A stretch of 64,000 nt of DNA from Candidatus Peregrinibacteria bacterium CG2_30_44_17 (GTDB lineage Bacteria; Patescibacteriota; Gracilibacteria; UBA1369; UBA12470): NCBI GenBank assembly GCA_001873565.1, contig MNZJ01000025.1, forward strand, positions 613 through 64,612. The letters are read 5' to 3'. The notes beneath the pieces were generated by a model. The model had not been told where the DNA came from and did not search any database. It was given only the letters and a program-made list of their open reading frames with translations. Shown here one piece after another: positions 19,476 through 29,452 of the stretch (positions are counted from its first letter, which is position 1; each line of letters opens with the position of its first letter). The translations under genes were made by a program, and so were the position numbers.

Positions 19476-19781
19476 CTAGCCAACGAGCTTGGTTTTTACG
19501 GTCTTTATAACGCCGGAAAGGCTGGAGTCTTCTTCAATAAGTTTAATAAGACGCTCTTTGTTCAAAAAAACCTCTCTCCCCCAGGCGGAGCTGCCTACCT
19601 CGACAGTAAGAATGCCATCCTTGAAATACAAAGGGGTAATCTCGGAGGCATCACCGCCCCATATATCACGGACGGACTGACGTGCCCGATCGCGAACTAA
19701 GGCAGCCCTGACTTCTCTTTGCATTCCATATGCATTGGCAGCCTTTGGCAGTAGGTCTTTTAGAAGTGTAAAACCATCCAT
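19476..19781 (-). CDS. DUF721 / DciA-like protein (candidate replicative helicase operator)
   Basis: 101 aa. ILTVEVGSSAWGREV matches the DUF721 signature (L.V.V.SS.W..E). Confidence 0.65.
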   Translation of the reverse strand: MDGFTLLKDLLPKAANAYGMQREVRAALVRDRARQSVRDIWGGDASEITPLYFKDGILTVEVGSSAWGREVFLNKERLIKLIEEDSSLSGVIKTVKTKLVG

Positions 19782-19797
19782 AAATACGGGATTATCT

Positions 19798-20919
19798 CTA
19801 TGCGCAAACCTCGTGATACATTTTCAAAACTTCTTTTGCCATCTTCCGCCAGCTAAACTCCTTAACGCGTTCCCTGCCTTTGGCAATCAGCTCTTGTTGG
19901 AGGCTTTCATTGACCCAAATTTTCATAACAGAGTCACTGATGTCGGTAGGGTCATATGGATCAAAGAAGACGGCGTTCCCTTCGCCGCAAATCTCCGGTA
20001 TACATGCGGCTTTTGACGCAGCGACAGGTGTGCCACAGGCCATAGCCTCCAGCGGAGGGAGTCCAAATCCTTCGTACAAAGAGGGGAAAACATACACCGT
20101 GGCGGCGCTATACAGAGCAGGTAGGTCAGCTTCTGGCACCATATCTGTAAATACAACATCTCCTTCGAGACCAAGATTCTGAATAGTACTTCTGACTTCT
20201 ACATATAGAGGATCTTCTTTGCCTGTTATGACAAGCTGACCATCAAACTTCTCATCCTTTTTCAGATACGAAAAAGCTTTGATAAGATTGACTAAATTTT
20301 TGTGACTCCTCCATACGCCAGTATAAAGAATGAAAGGCTTAACAATGCCATATTTCTTCTTGATATCGGATAACACAGACCTTCTTGTGACCTCTTTGAA
20401 TTCAGGGTTAACGCCTTCATATATAACTTCGATTTTTCCAGAAGGAACTTTGGTAAGTTCGATTAAATCCTTCTTCGTGTTTTCGGAAACAGCTATCACC
20501 CGAGAGGCATGCCTTGTTACAGACTTGATAGCAAGTTGGTAAGCGAGCCTACGATACAGAGAAGTCATCTTCTTGCCGGGGTAGAAATGGAGAGTTAGGT
20601 CGTGAATAGTCACGATCGAAGGCCTTGTGTATAGAATCGGCGCATTGAAATGCGTAAAATGCACTAAGTCTATTTTTTGCTTACGGAGCATCAGCCAAAA
20701 CGTAAACTGCTCGGAAAAAGAATAGTGACGTGCGTTTGCCAAAACCTTAGTAACACGCTTATTTGGCGGCGTAAAATCCTCGTATTCAGGACTGTTCATA
20801 AAGAGAACGTACTCATTCTCGTCGTCAATTTCGAGAAGATTGGAAATCAGCTCGTGGACATAGCGGCCGATACCGGTAAACCCGGGACCATATATACGAG
20901 CATCGATACCTATTCTCAT
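19798..20919 (-). CDS. Glycosyltransferase, GT4 (GT-B fold)
   Basis: 373 aa. C-terminal EGFGLPPLEAMACGTPV is the typical GT1/GT4 E-X7-E region. Confidence 0.85.
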   Translation of the reverse strand: MRIGIDARIYGPGFTGIGRYVHELISNLLEIDDENEYVLFMNSPEYEDFTPPNKRVTKVLANARHYSFSEQFTFWLMLRKQKIDLVHFTHFNAPILYTRPSIVTIHDLTLHFYPGKKMTSLYRRLAYQLAIKSVTRHASRVIAVSENTKKDLIELTKVPSGKIEVIYEGVNPEFKEVTRRSVLSDIKKKYGIVKPFILYTGVWRSHKNLVNLIKAFSYLKKDEKFDGQLVITGKEDPLYVEVRSTIQNLGLEGDVVFTDMVPEADLPALYSAATVYVFPSLYEGFGLPPLEAMACGTPVAASKAACIPEICGEGNAVFFDPYDPTDISDSVMKIWVNESLQQELIAKGRERVKEFSWRKMAKEVLKMYHEVCA

Positions 20920-20932
20920 AAAAGAAAAATTA

Positions 20933-21844
20933 TTAACGAGGGGATGTTACCTTTAAGTTCCTTAAAATTCCAGCCCACTGGGCTCTTTTGACAGGGCTTG
21001 TGCGGAATTGCTTATTAAAATCTGTCTCATTGGAAGGTATTTCCACGGATGCCAAATTAGACAAAGGCGTCTCTGCGCTATCAATATTCCGCGCCCTTAT
21101 ATTATGAGGGCAGACTTCTTGGCAAATGTCGCACCCAAAACAAAAATCCTGGCTACCTAGCATCTCCTTCTCTTCGGGTGAGAACTCCCCTCTTTTCTCT
21201 ATGGTGAGGTATGAAACACACTTCCTCGCATCAAGGCATTGACCTGATAGAGCGCCTGTAGGACAAGCATCGATGCATTTTCTACACTCCCCGCACCTTC
21301 CAAAATCCAGCTGATTGCCAGCATCGTAATTATCAAACTCAAGCTTCGTTAATATAGATCCAATAAGAACCCACGAGCCGAAATCTTTTGTAATAAGACA
21401 AGTATTCTTACCTATAAAACCAAGGCCGGCTTTCGCTGCGAAATATCTTTCAAAAATAGGACCTGTGTCGACATACCACCTAGCGTCAGAATCCCCAAGA
21501 ACGGCAATATAATCGGCGAGTTTCTGTAGGTCAGCACCCATCGCAGAGTGATAGTCGTCATACCAAGCATAGCGCGCCACCCTGCCGGTTTGCATTACGT
21601 GATCGCCGGGATAATAATTCCTGCCAACCATAATGATGCTTCTCGCACCTGGCAAAATAAGGGCTGGGTCAGAACGTTTATCAGCGGAGCGGCCTAGCCA
21701 TCCGGACATATCTCCAGCTTTGCCATCGGCTAGCCAATCATAAAAAAACCTTACCTCCGTGTCGTCAACACGAGTATCGGTTGCGCCAAAAAGCTGAAAG
21801 CCAAGGCTGGTAGCGTAAGAATGTATTTTTTCAATAATTTTCAT
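20933..21844 (-). CDS. queG: Epoxyqueuosine reductase
   Basis: Two 4Fe-4S motifs, CGECRKCIDACP and CFGCDICQEVCP. Start reassigned to the ATG at 21844 (MKIIEKIH); the longer ORF up to 22039 would overlap hpf. Confidence 0.8.
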   Translation of the reverse strand: MKIIEKIHSYATSLGFQLFGATDTRVDDTEVRFFYDWLADGKAGDMSGWLGRSADKRSDPALILPGARSIIMVGRNYYPGDHVMQTGRVARYAWYDDYHSAMGADLQKLADYIAVLGDSDARWYVDTGPIFERYFAAKAGLGFIGKNTCLITKDFGSWVLIGSILTKLEFDNYDAGNQLDFGRCGECRKCIDACPTGALSGQCLDARKCVSYLTIEKRGEFSPEEKEMLGSQDFCFGCDICQEVCPHNIRARNIDSAETPLSNLASVEIPSNETDFNKQFRTSPVKRAQWAGILRNLKVTSPR

Positions 21845-21934
21845 AGCTTTACACAAGCGGAACGGAATCCTATTATAGCAGTGGAGATAATCTAGGGCTA
21901 TCTTCGAAAGGCAAATACCATAAATAACAAAAAC

Positions 21935-22246
21935 ATGCAGGTAAACATTGTTACGAAACACGTTAGTGACAGGAAGAAAGAAGAATTTACAAGCTATTTT
22001 GACAAAAAAATACCAAGGATAGAGAAGCTTACAACTCATTTCGCGGACGACGCAGTCCTCCTAACGGCTACGCTTGAATATTTCGAGAAGCATGATGCCT
22101 ATAGGGCGAACTTGAGAATGGAAGTGCCGTCAAATACACTAGTCGCTGAAGAATCAGCGCACTCAGTGACGAAGGGAGTCGATGACGCTGTCGACAGACT
22201 TGTATTGCAGCTCAAAGATCACTTGGACAAATTGAGGAGTAGCTAG
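21935..22246 (+). CDS. hpf: Ribosome hibernation promoting factor / RaiA family (short form)
   Basis: 103 aa. Pattern from MQVNIVTKHV to AVDRLVLQLKDHLDKLRS is typical of sigma54-modulation/RaiA proteins. Confidence 0.75.
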   Translation: MQVNIVTKHVSDRKKEEFTSYFDKKIPRIEKLTTHFADDAVLLTATLEYFEKHDAYRANLRMEVPSNTLVAEESAHSVTKGVDDAVDRLVLQLKDHLDKLRSS

Positions 22247-22414
22247 AGCCAAATCAAAGTAAAATGATTCACGACACAGGAGTGAATATTTTTCGCGGAA
22301 AATCGAGCAAAACCCTATCGAGGGATAGCAGCGCTATTTAAGGCTTTTGAGAGAGGAGCCATATGGCAAAATACTCCTGAATATCTGTGTTATTTTATTT
22401 TGATTTGGCTCTAG
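22243..22414. repeat. 172-nt element closed by a perfect 16-bp terminal inverted repeat (candidate structured RNA or MITE)
   Basis: CTAGAGCCAAATCAAA (22243-22258) pairs with TTTGATTTGGCTCTAG (22399-22414). The helix continues with GTAAAAT/ATTTTAT and ACACAG/CTGTGT plus GGAGT/ACTCC. Interior mini-hairpins are TTTTC-GCG-GAAAA and CTATC-GAGG-GATAG. The 5' arm contains the hpf stop codon. Confidence 0.8.
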
Positions 22415-22478
22415 CTGGACGATAGCCGCATAACTTAGTACACTGTGGCTACGGAATTAACACTATCTAACTTACACA

Positions 22479-24011
22479 ATGGAAGCATTCAATATATTAC
22501 TACTGGTAGCTGGTTCCGCTATAGGAGCGGCGATAAGCTTTGGCGCCTTACGCGTTAGCAAGCATTACAAGGAAAAACTAGAGCAAAAAGAAAAAGAAAT
22601 ACTGGACGCGGCAAGAGAGCAGGCTGCAAAACTGATCACAGAGACGCGAGCAAGAACAGAGGAGATCAAGGAAACTGCCAAGGAAGAGACTACGAATATG
22701 GAGCAGCAATTAGAGATGCTGAAAAAAGCGCTAGACTTCAAGGGGAGCATTTTGGACAAACGAGAACAACGCAACGAAGCAATCAAAAGTTCGCTCAACG
22801 AAACCAACAGGGAAATAAGAAAGCTGGAGGAAGATATAGAAGGGGCGGAACAAGAGATGGTAGAGAAGCTTAAAGAGAAGACAAAGTTGAATGCGGACGA
22901 AGCAAAGAAAATGATCTTGGCGAAATTCGACGCGGAAATGGAGTTGCAACGCGGCAAACTTTTGAAAAAGACAGAGGAGGATTTGGCGGAAGATATTATA
23001 AGTACAAGCAAAAATATTCTAAGAGGTGTTATTCAGAAGATCACTTCCCCAAGTTCTGTAGATAAAAATTCAACAGCGGTTAAGATCAAGAATGACAAAT
23101 TCAAAGGAGTTCTTGTAGGCAAAGGTGGTAAAAACATAGAATACTTTGAAAGCATGCTCGAAAACATAAGTATCATTTTTAATTTGGAGCCAAACTCGAT
23201 TTATGTCGGTGGATTAAACTTGGTGAATAGGAATATAGCCAAGCTTGCTATAGAAGAATTGCAGAAAGAACGCGGCGCATTTGGAGAGCACCAGATCAAG
23301 CGAGCTCTGGACTATGCTAGAAGCGAAATAGACAAAAAGATCTTGAAAGCCGGACGGGAGGCAATCAAGATAGCTAATATCAACATGGATATACCGGAAG
23401 ACTTAGTTAGGCTTGTAGGCAGACTGAAGTTCAGGACAAGCTTCGGGCAGAATATTTTACAACATTCGATAGAAATGGCGGCGATGGCGGCATTAATGGC
23501 GGCCGAAATCAATGCCGATATTGAGAAGGCGAAGGTAGCAACATTTTTCCACGATATTGGAAAAGCGATCGATCACGAAGTTGGAGGATCTCACGACATA
23601 TTAACTAAGGAGATTCTTGAAAAATACAACTTCGATCCGGACATAGTACATGCGGCATATGCTCATCATGACGGAGAGCCTCAGAGAACGGCAGAGGCCA
23701 TGCTGGTTAAAGCGGCAGATGCAATATCTGCGGGACGCCCAGGCGCAAGACAAGAGTCTTTGACAAGTTACTTGGAGAGGATACAAAAACTTGAGAAAGT
23801 GACAAGAGGTTTTGAAGGAGTCAAAAAATCTTACGCAATATCTGCGGGACGAGAAGTTCGCATTATAGTCGACGAAGACAAATTGACGGATGAAGCGATG
23901 AAGGAGCTCGCGCAAAAAGCGGCAAAACAAATAGAAGAAGAGCTGACGTATCCTGGAAAAATCAAAGTGAACGTAATTCGCAGAACGGAAGCCATAGATT
24001 ACGCACGCTAA
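22479..24011 (+). CDS. rny: Ribonuclease Y
   Basis: N-terminal TM helix, long coiled coil, KH domain (VGKGGKNIEYFE) and HD domain (FFHDIGKAIDHE). Confidence 0.92.
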   Translation: MEAFNILLLVAGSAIGAAISFGALRVSKHYKEKLEQKEKEILDAAREQAAKLITETRARTEEIKETAKEETTNMEQQLEMLKKALDFKGSILDKREQRNEAIKSSLNETNREIRKLEEDIEGAEQEMVEKLKEKTKLNADEAKKMILAKFDAEMELQRGKLLKKTEEDLAEDIISTSKNILRGVIQKITSPSSVDKNSTAVKIKNDKFKGVLVGKGGKNIEYFESMLENISIIFNLEPNSIYVGGLNLVNRNIAKLAIEELQKERGAFGEHQIKRALDYARSEIDKKILKAGREAIKIANINMDIPEDLVRLVGRLKFRTSFGQNILQHSIEMAAMAALMAAEINADIEKAKVATFFHDIGKAIDHEVGGSHDILTKEILEKYNFDPDIVHAAYAHHDGEPQRTAEAMLVKAADAISAGRPGARQESLTSYLERIQKLEKVTRGFEGVKKSYAISAGREVRIIVDEDKLTDEAMKELAQKAAKQIEEELTYPGKIKVNVIRRTEAIDYAR

Positions 24012-24032
24012 AAATAAAAAAATCATAAGGCA

Positions 24033-24302
24033 ATGACTCAAGACGACAACAAGAAGAAAGAACATATCGTGGACAAGGTCGACAAACTTGTGGTAGGTGC
24101 CATAATCGGCGGCGCCATAGGATCCGTCCTAGGGTTGACGCTAGCTCCGAAAGAAGGCAAAAAAACCAGGCAAGAGGTAGCAGAAAGATCCAAGAAATTC
24201 ATAGGAGAGCATCAGAAGGAATTTGCCATTGCGAAGAAACTTACAAAAGAGACTGCAATCGGGATATACAAACTTATCAGAAATACAGTAAGGAAAAAGT
24301 AA
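24033..24302 (+). CDS. YtxH-like small membrane-associated protein
   Basis: 89 aa. GAIIGGAIGSVLGLTLAPKEGKKTR matches the YtxH pattern. Confidence 0.6.
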   Translation: MTQDDNKKKEHIVDKVDKLVVGAIIGGAIGSVLGLTLAPKEGKKTRQEVAERSKKFIGEHQKEFAIAKKLTKETAIGIYKLIRNTVRKK

Positions 24303-24307
24303 TACTG

Positions 24308-26158
24308 ATGAAAAAGTTAAAGCCAAATCTCAAAATCACGGCGATAGTAGTGTTGGCACTAGCTATTTTTGGAGCGATTTACGTGCTGCAGTTTGCGTAC
24401 GCTGACTTCGTGTATCCTAGTACGTTTATAGGCGATACGAATATTGGGTTAATGCACAAGGATGAGGCGATGGATATTATAAAACAAGAATTGTCAGGTT
24501 TCACAGGAGAAAAGGTTGTAATTATAAATAATGGTCAGGCATTCGAGTTTACGGCGGAGAGCCTCGGAGTGTTATATGATGCAGGCAAGATAGAGGAGTC
24601 ACTGCCAACACTATGGAAAAACAACGGCATTGTTAGAGGAATATATATGGCTATAGTCAAGAACCAAGTAGGCTTGGAAGTTGCGGTAGATGAAGAGAAG
24701 CTCAAGGAGTCCATATCAATACTATACACCGAAGATGCTCCTCAAAATGCATATTTGTATTTAAACGAGGATACTGGCGAAATAGAGATTAGCAGCGAAG
24801 TTAATGGGCAGACACTTAATATAGAGGATTTTGTACTTAGCCTGAAAAATAAATTCGAGAATATGGACAGTGAAGCAATAACGCTATCGTTAGACACGCT
24901 CTATCCTAGCGTTACGGCCGGGGACGTCGAACCATTTGTAGGCATGGCAAAAGATATATTTGGAAACACGGTATCCATACACTATAGCGATAAGTCATGG
25001 GATTTTGATCCTAACCAGCATGCGGAAATCATAACTTTTGGGACGCAAAGCACACTGGAAATAGATGGTATAGAGAGGCAAATCGAAATAGCTTGGGATG
25101 ATAGCGGCAACAGTGAGCAAGCAGACTTGTCTGAAAAAGTTCTAACGACCCTAAAACTGTCGTTAGACGAAAACGCAATACATGACTATATAAACCAAGA
25201 AATAATAAGTGCTGTCGAAACACCATCTCAAAGCGTCGTGATAACTATTGACGAAGCCGGCGATATATTCTTTGAAGGTACGGCCGAAGATGGAATTACG
25301 GTAAACGAAGAGGCTTTTAAGATGGCTTTGGGGCTTGCGTTGGAAAACAAAGTAAGCGAGATAGAAGTGCCGACTATGACTGTAAGAGGAGGGGTGGATA
25401 TACCAGAGGAGCTACAAGAGCTTGGTATAACAGAGCTGATAGCTACGGGCTACACGGGTTACTCGGGATCGCCATACAACAGGGGAATGAATATAGCGGT
25501 AGGAATGAGCAAATTTAACGGTGTTCTGGTCGAGCCAGGGGAGGTTTTCTCTTTTCTGGACACTCTTGGAGTAGTGGATGGATCGACCGGGTACTACAAG
25601 GAACTTGTAATAACGAATAACGAAACCAAGCCGGAATACGGAGGAGGGCTATGCCAAGTTTCGTCAACAATGTTTAGAGCAATGCTATATGGTGGACTAC
25701 CTATAGAAACAAGATACGAGCATTCATATGCCGTTTCATATTATGCGTACCCGAACGGATACGGGCTGGACGCAACAATATACCAACCTTGGCCTGATTT
25801 ACAGTTCACGAACGATACAGGTGGATACATACTAATACAGGCTTATGTAGAAGAGAACGAAGCTTATTTCAAATTTTACGGAACGAGTGATGGGCGTACC
25901 GTTGCAATGGATGGTCCGTATTACAGCAACTACGTCTCTCCTCCGTCTGACGTCATTATCTACACAGACGAGTTACAGCCTGGTGTAAGTAGCAAACAAG
26001 ACAGTGCTCATACTGGGTTTGACGTGGATTGGTACAGAACAGTAGTCATGCCGGACGGCACCGAAACAACGGAAAACATTCACAGCCACTATCAGGCATG
26101 GCCGGCAAAATACTTGGTCGGAGCGCCATTGGAAGAAAGTACGGAGGATCAGGAGTAG
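24308..26158 (+). CDS. VanW-family protein
   Basis: 616 aa with an N-terminal TM helix. The C-terminal VanW core contains GGGLCQVSSTMFRA. Confidence 0.75.
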   Translation: MKKLKPNLKITAIVVLALAIFGAIYVLQFAYADFVYPSTFIGDTNIGLMHKDEAMDIIKQELSGFTGEKVVIINNGQAFEFTAESLGVLYDAGKIEESLPTLWKNNGIVRGIYMAIVKNQVGLEVAVDEEKLKESISILYTEDAPQNAYLYLNEDTGEIEISSEVNGQTLNIEDFVLSLKNKFENMDSEAITLSLDTLYPSVTAGDVEPFVGMAKDIFGNTVSIHYSDKSWDFDPNQHAEIITFGTQSTLEIDGIERQIEIAWDDSGNSEQADLSEKVLTTLKLSLDENAIHDYINQEIISAVETPSQSVVITIDEAGDIFFEGTAEDGITVNEEAFKMALGLALENKVSEIEVPTMTVRGGVDIPEELQELGITELIATGYTGYSGSPYNRGMNIAVGMSKFNGVLVEPGEVFSFLDTLGVVDGSTGYYKELVITNNETKPEYGGGLCQVSSTMFRAMLYGGLPIETRYEHSYAVSYYAYPNGYGLDATIYQPWPDLQFTNDTGGYILIQAYVEENEAYFKFYGTSDGRTVAMDGPYYSNYVSPPSDVIIYTDELQPGVSSKQDSAHTGFDVDWYRTVVMPDGTETTENIHSHYQAWPAKYLVGAPLEESTEDQE

Positions 26159-26215
26159 GCTTGACAAAAAGCATAGATAAAGTAAAATTACGCTCTTGTA
26201 ATCGAAAATATCCAG

Positions 26216-27844
26216 ATGGTTATGCTACTACCGGGAGATGAACCAGGCAGAGACGAGGCAGCAAAGGACCCGCAAGAAGAAGCCACCGCAGGCGGTACCG
26301 TGCCGGAACAACGCGCAGAGAATGATGCTACGCAGGCCGGTAGTATGAGTGGTGGTATACAAATACTGGCAAGCAGTATAAGGACTTCAGTAGTTAAGGG
26401 CGTCTTGGAATGTGATCCTGCACAAAGAGTGATTTCAACGACAATTAATGTCGGAGGACAAGAGATACGAGTAGCGGGAGTATTCCCAGAAGGCTTGGAA
26501 GTAGGCGAAATGAGCAGGTACATAACGGTATTAGAAACTTATCACGCAAGCGAAGGATTGCACCCGTTCTATCAACAAATGGTACAGTCGATCATATACT
26601 CATACGCCAGGTCGGCTTTGAATACAGCAGCAAGAAGCGGGATGCAACAACCTGTTATAGTAGAAGCGGGTGCGGGGACGGGGCTAGTGACGGAGGTTGC
26701 GGCAAAGGCGTTCCCGGATGCCATCATATTCCCTGTCGACATAGATACTCAGTATCACGAATTCCTTAAACGGAGGACGGAAGGAGACTTCCGGATACTG
26801 CAAAGCGAAGAAGATGCTGATGGAGTAACGGTTGAGGGGTTTCCTGCAAATGTCATACCTCTGCATGGAGACGCAAGGCATTTTGATCTGCCAGGCACAG
26901 GCGCTGTTGTAATAATGTCAGCATTCCACAAGCACCATATACCGGATTGGGACTTGGCAGATTCTTTCAGGCAAGATGCAGCAATGCTTAAACAAGCCAA
27001 AAGGCTTTATCCGGGCTGCGAACCGATAGTGATCGTAGCCGATGAGAATATAAGCGAAAAAAGACACAGAAGTTTAGATACAAAACAAGAAGAACTCTCG
27101 AATATGCATGCAAAATTCATAAGAGATATGCAAACGGAGAAGGCGGAAACAGAGGTAATTACAGGTGAGATAGAAGAATTGATAGAACTTATGTCTCGAG
27201 ATCCGAAAGACCAAAGCAGGATTGCACGCCAAGCAGAACACATAAGGGAGTCGGATCCATACAGTAGCTATGTCGTAGCAACAAAGGCACATGTTGGTAT
27301 AGTTGGAAAACAGCCTACGACTATAGGGAGCGACGACGGCATGGATGCTGTGTATCCGAGTGACGAAGCTAAGTGGGCGGAAGCGGAGAGTCAAGTTCAA
27401 CATATGTTGATAACGCTGAAGAGAAGGGCAGATAAACTACTTGGAATGTTGTCGACAAACGAAGAGTCCTCTATGAGGGAAGGCATAAGAGGCATCTTGG
27501 CAGTAAAGAAATTCATGAAGCAGGCACATGATGCGGGAGTAACAATAGATGGCGCAGTTGTAGAACCTGATTACAATCCAAGCTCTCGCGAATGGGAGAT
27601 GATAAAACCACAACTGGCACAGAAAGGATTAACTCTTCCAAGAGTTGGAGAGTGCAAAAGGTCGCTTGCAGAACAAAACGAAGCAGCCAAAATGGCAGGG
27701 TTAGAAAGGCAGGGGGGAATAAGAGTCGGACCAACGGGGACAGATCAATTAGAATCCGGCGGCGGAGTATGGATTTCAATATATCAACTCACGGATGAAA
27801 CCATACAGCAGCTGATTGAAGAGTCCCAAGATACTACTCCATAA
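26216..27844 (+). CDS. Hypothetical protein with central class I methyltransferase-like fold
   Basis: 542 aa. Acidic disordered N-terminus; motif I VEAGAGTGLV, then FPVDID and HGDARHF. The long helical C-terminal half is unrecognised. Confidence 0.5.
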   Translation: MVMLLPGDEPGRDEAAKDPQEEATAGGTVPEQRAENDATQAGSMSGGIQILASSIRTSVVKGVLECDPAQRVISTTINVGGQEIRVAGVFPEGLEVGEMSRYITVLETYHASEGLHPFYQQMVQSIIYSYARSALNTAARSGMQQPVIVEAGAGTGLVTEVAAKAFPDAIIFPVDIDTQYHEFLKRRTEGDFRILQSEEDADGVTVEGFPANVIPLHGDARHFDLPGTGAVVIMSAFHKHHIPDWDLADSFRQDAAMLKQAKRLYPGCEPIVIVADENISEKRHRSLDTKQEELSNMHAKFIRDMQTEKAETEVITGEIEELIELMSRDPKDQSRIARQAEHIRESDPYSSYVVATKAHVGIVGKQPTTIGSDDGMDAVYPSDEAKWAEAESQVQHMLITLKRRADKLLGMLSTNEESSMREGIRGILAVKKFMKQAHDAGVTIDGAVVEPDYNPSSREWEMIKPQLAQKGLTLPRVGECKRSLAEQNEAAKMAGLERQGGIRVGPTGTDQLESGGGVWISIYQLTDETIQQLIEESQDTTP

Positions 27845-28583
27845 GCTTCTTGACCTCTTGATTGTAAGGATCCAACTCAAGGAGTCTCTTTGCTGCACTG
27901 TGCAGTTCGTCCGGAAGACCAAGCTTCTTATAATATTCAATAGTAGCCCACAAATAATCTTTGTTGCGTGGAGATTTGCGACTGGCTTTTTCAAAATTAT
28001 GTAAAGCCTTCTCGTCATTATTAAGTTCGCGATATACATGGGCCAAATTAGCAAATCTTGCGGCCCTGTTGTCATCCATGGACAAAGCATTCTCATAAGC
28101 CTCTGCGGCTTCAAGCAGCCTCCCCTGCCTATATAAAGCCAAACCGAGATTTCCATAATAAACGGGATCTTTCTTGAGATTAACGAGTTTATGGAAGAAA
28201 AACTCGGCTTTCGGGTAGTTTTCTATCTCCAAATACACAAGTCCAAGATGCAGGTTCGCATCAAGGTGAGTCTCATCAATGGAAAGAACATTGATAAAAG
28301 TCTGTTCGGCGGCGGCAAAATCTTTCCGAGAAAATAATACCTCACCCTTTTTAAAAATTTTACGTATATCATCACCTTTCGCAATTTTCACAGGAGCGCT
28401 ATGGGTGTCATCAGTTTCTTCTACAGTCTGTGTCTTGTTATCTATGTCTTGCAATCTGCGCTCTTCCTCTTCTAGTTTAGCTTGCATCTTGTTTTGAGTG
28501 AGCAGCAGCAGCAGTCTACGTACAAAAACAAACCCCAGGAAGACAAATCCGCCAATAACTATAAGAAGTTTAATAAAAAACAT
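27834..28583 (-). CDS. Membrane-anchored TPR-repeat protein
   Basis: N-terminal TM helix, a charged linker and about five TPR-like 34-aa repeats (AEQTFINVL, LGLVYLEIENYPKAEFFF, GLALYRQGRLLEAAEAY). Confidence 0.7.
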   Translation of the reverse strand: MFFIKLLIVIGGFVFLGFVFVRRLLLLLTQNKMQAKLEEEERRLQDIDNKTQTVEETDDTHSAPVKIAKGDDIRKIFKKGEVLFSRKDFAAAEQTFINVLSIDETHLDANLHLGLVYLEIENYPKAEFFFHKLVNLKKDPVYYGNLGLALYRQGRLLEAAEAYENALSMDDNRAARFANLAHVYRELNNDEKALHNFEKASRKSPRNKDYLWATIEYYKKLGLPDELHSAAKRLLELDPYNQEVKKLME

Positions 28584-28589
28584 AAATAA

Positions 28590-29450
28590 TTAGTTAGTAT
28601 CAGATTGGCTGTCGTCATCAAAGCGCTCCTTGGGTGGAACAAATTTCTTAATATCGGAAACGCTAGCGGAAAAGAATTCGCCATCGTTTTCAAGACGTAT
28701 CTTCTGATTCAAAACGTCGGCACCGCGCAGCCTGCCTTTGCGTTTATCATTTAGGAAAACCTCACTCATCATAGGGGGTATGTTTTTGCGCAAATTATCA
28801 TATTCCTTCGCTTCATAAGAAAGACAACACATAAGTTTGCCGCAGACGCCAGAAAGCTTCTCGCTACCTTTGTTAGACATGCCCTGCACGCGTACCATGT
28901 CCATTGTAATACTGCTCAGCTTGCCAACAACTTGGCCACAACACAATTTCCTGCCACATTTTCCATATCCACGAACAAATCTGGATTTATCACGAGGGCC
29001 TATCTGTTGCAAATGGATCTGTTTTTGAAATTTTTTGGCAAGATCTTTCACCAGTTCGCGGAAATCAACTCGCTCCTCAGATGTAAAAACAAAATTGATT
29101 TTCGCACCATCCAGAGAATATATAGTCTCTACAAGATGCATGTTAAGTTCGTATTCGTCTATGAGCTTCCTGCATGCTGCCGCAGCTTCATCGGAAGATT
29201 CTTTATTTGCATTGAGCCTCTGAACGTCATGGTCAGTAGCTTTTCTAAGGACAAGGTAGCCCTTGGACAAGTCATCGTCTTCGACATCGGTAGGAGACAT
29301 AATGACCCTACCCATCTCATTAGAACCTTCATCGTCAGAAAAAACAACGATGTCAGCCTTGTCAAAAGAGTCATCATCAGCCGAGGGGATGTAAATAGTC
29401 TTATAATGAAAAAAGGAGGATATTCCGTGGGCCTTGGTTTTTTTAGCCAT
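28590..29450 (-). CDS. PSP1-domain protein (YaaT/RicT-like)
   Basis: Cys-rich PSP1 core (CGRKLCC, CGKLMCCLSYE). Conserved position downstream of holB. Confidence 0.8.
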   Translation of the reverse strand: MAKKTKAHGISSFFHYKTIYIPSADDDSFDKADIVVFSDDEGSNEMGRVIMSPTDVEDDDLSKGYLVLRKATDHDVQRLNANKESSDEAAAACRKLIDEYELNMHLVETIYSLDGAKINFVFTSEERVDFRELVKDLAKKFQKQIHLQQIGPRDKSRFVRGYGKCGRKLCCGQVVGKLSSITMDMVRVQGMSNKGSEKLSGVCGKLMCCLSYEAKEYDNLRKNIPPMMSEVFLNDKRKGRLRGADVLNQKIRLENDGEFFSASVSDIKKFVPPKERFDDDSQSDTN

Positions 29451-29452
29451 GT

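Noticed and set aside
21845-22039. 65-codon N-terminal extension of queG
   Set aside because: It is hydrophobic, Cys-rich and unconserved, and it overlaps the hpf start. The QueG homology begins at MKIIEKIH (ATG at 21844).
22264-22341. 25-codon ORF (MIHDTGVNIFRGKSSKTLSRDSSAI) inside the 172-nt inverted-repeat element
   Set aside because: It has no ribosome-binding site and lies within strongly paired sequence. An RNA-level or DNA-level role is more parsimonious.
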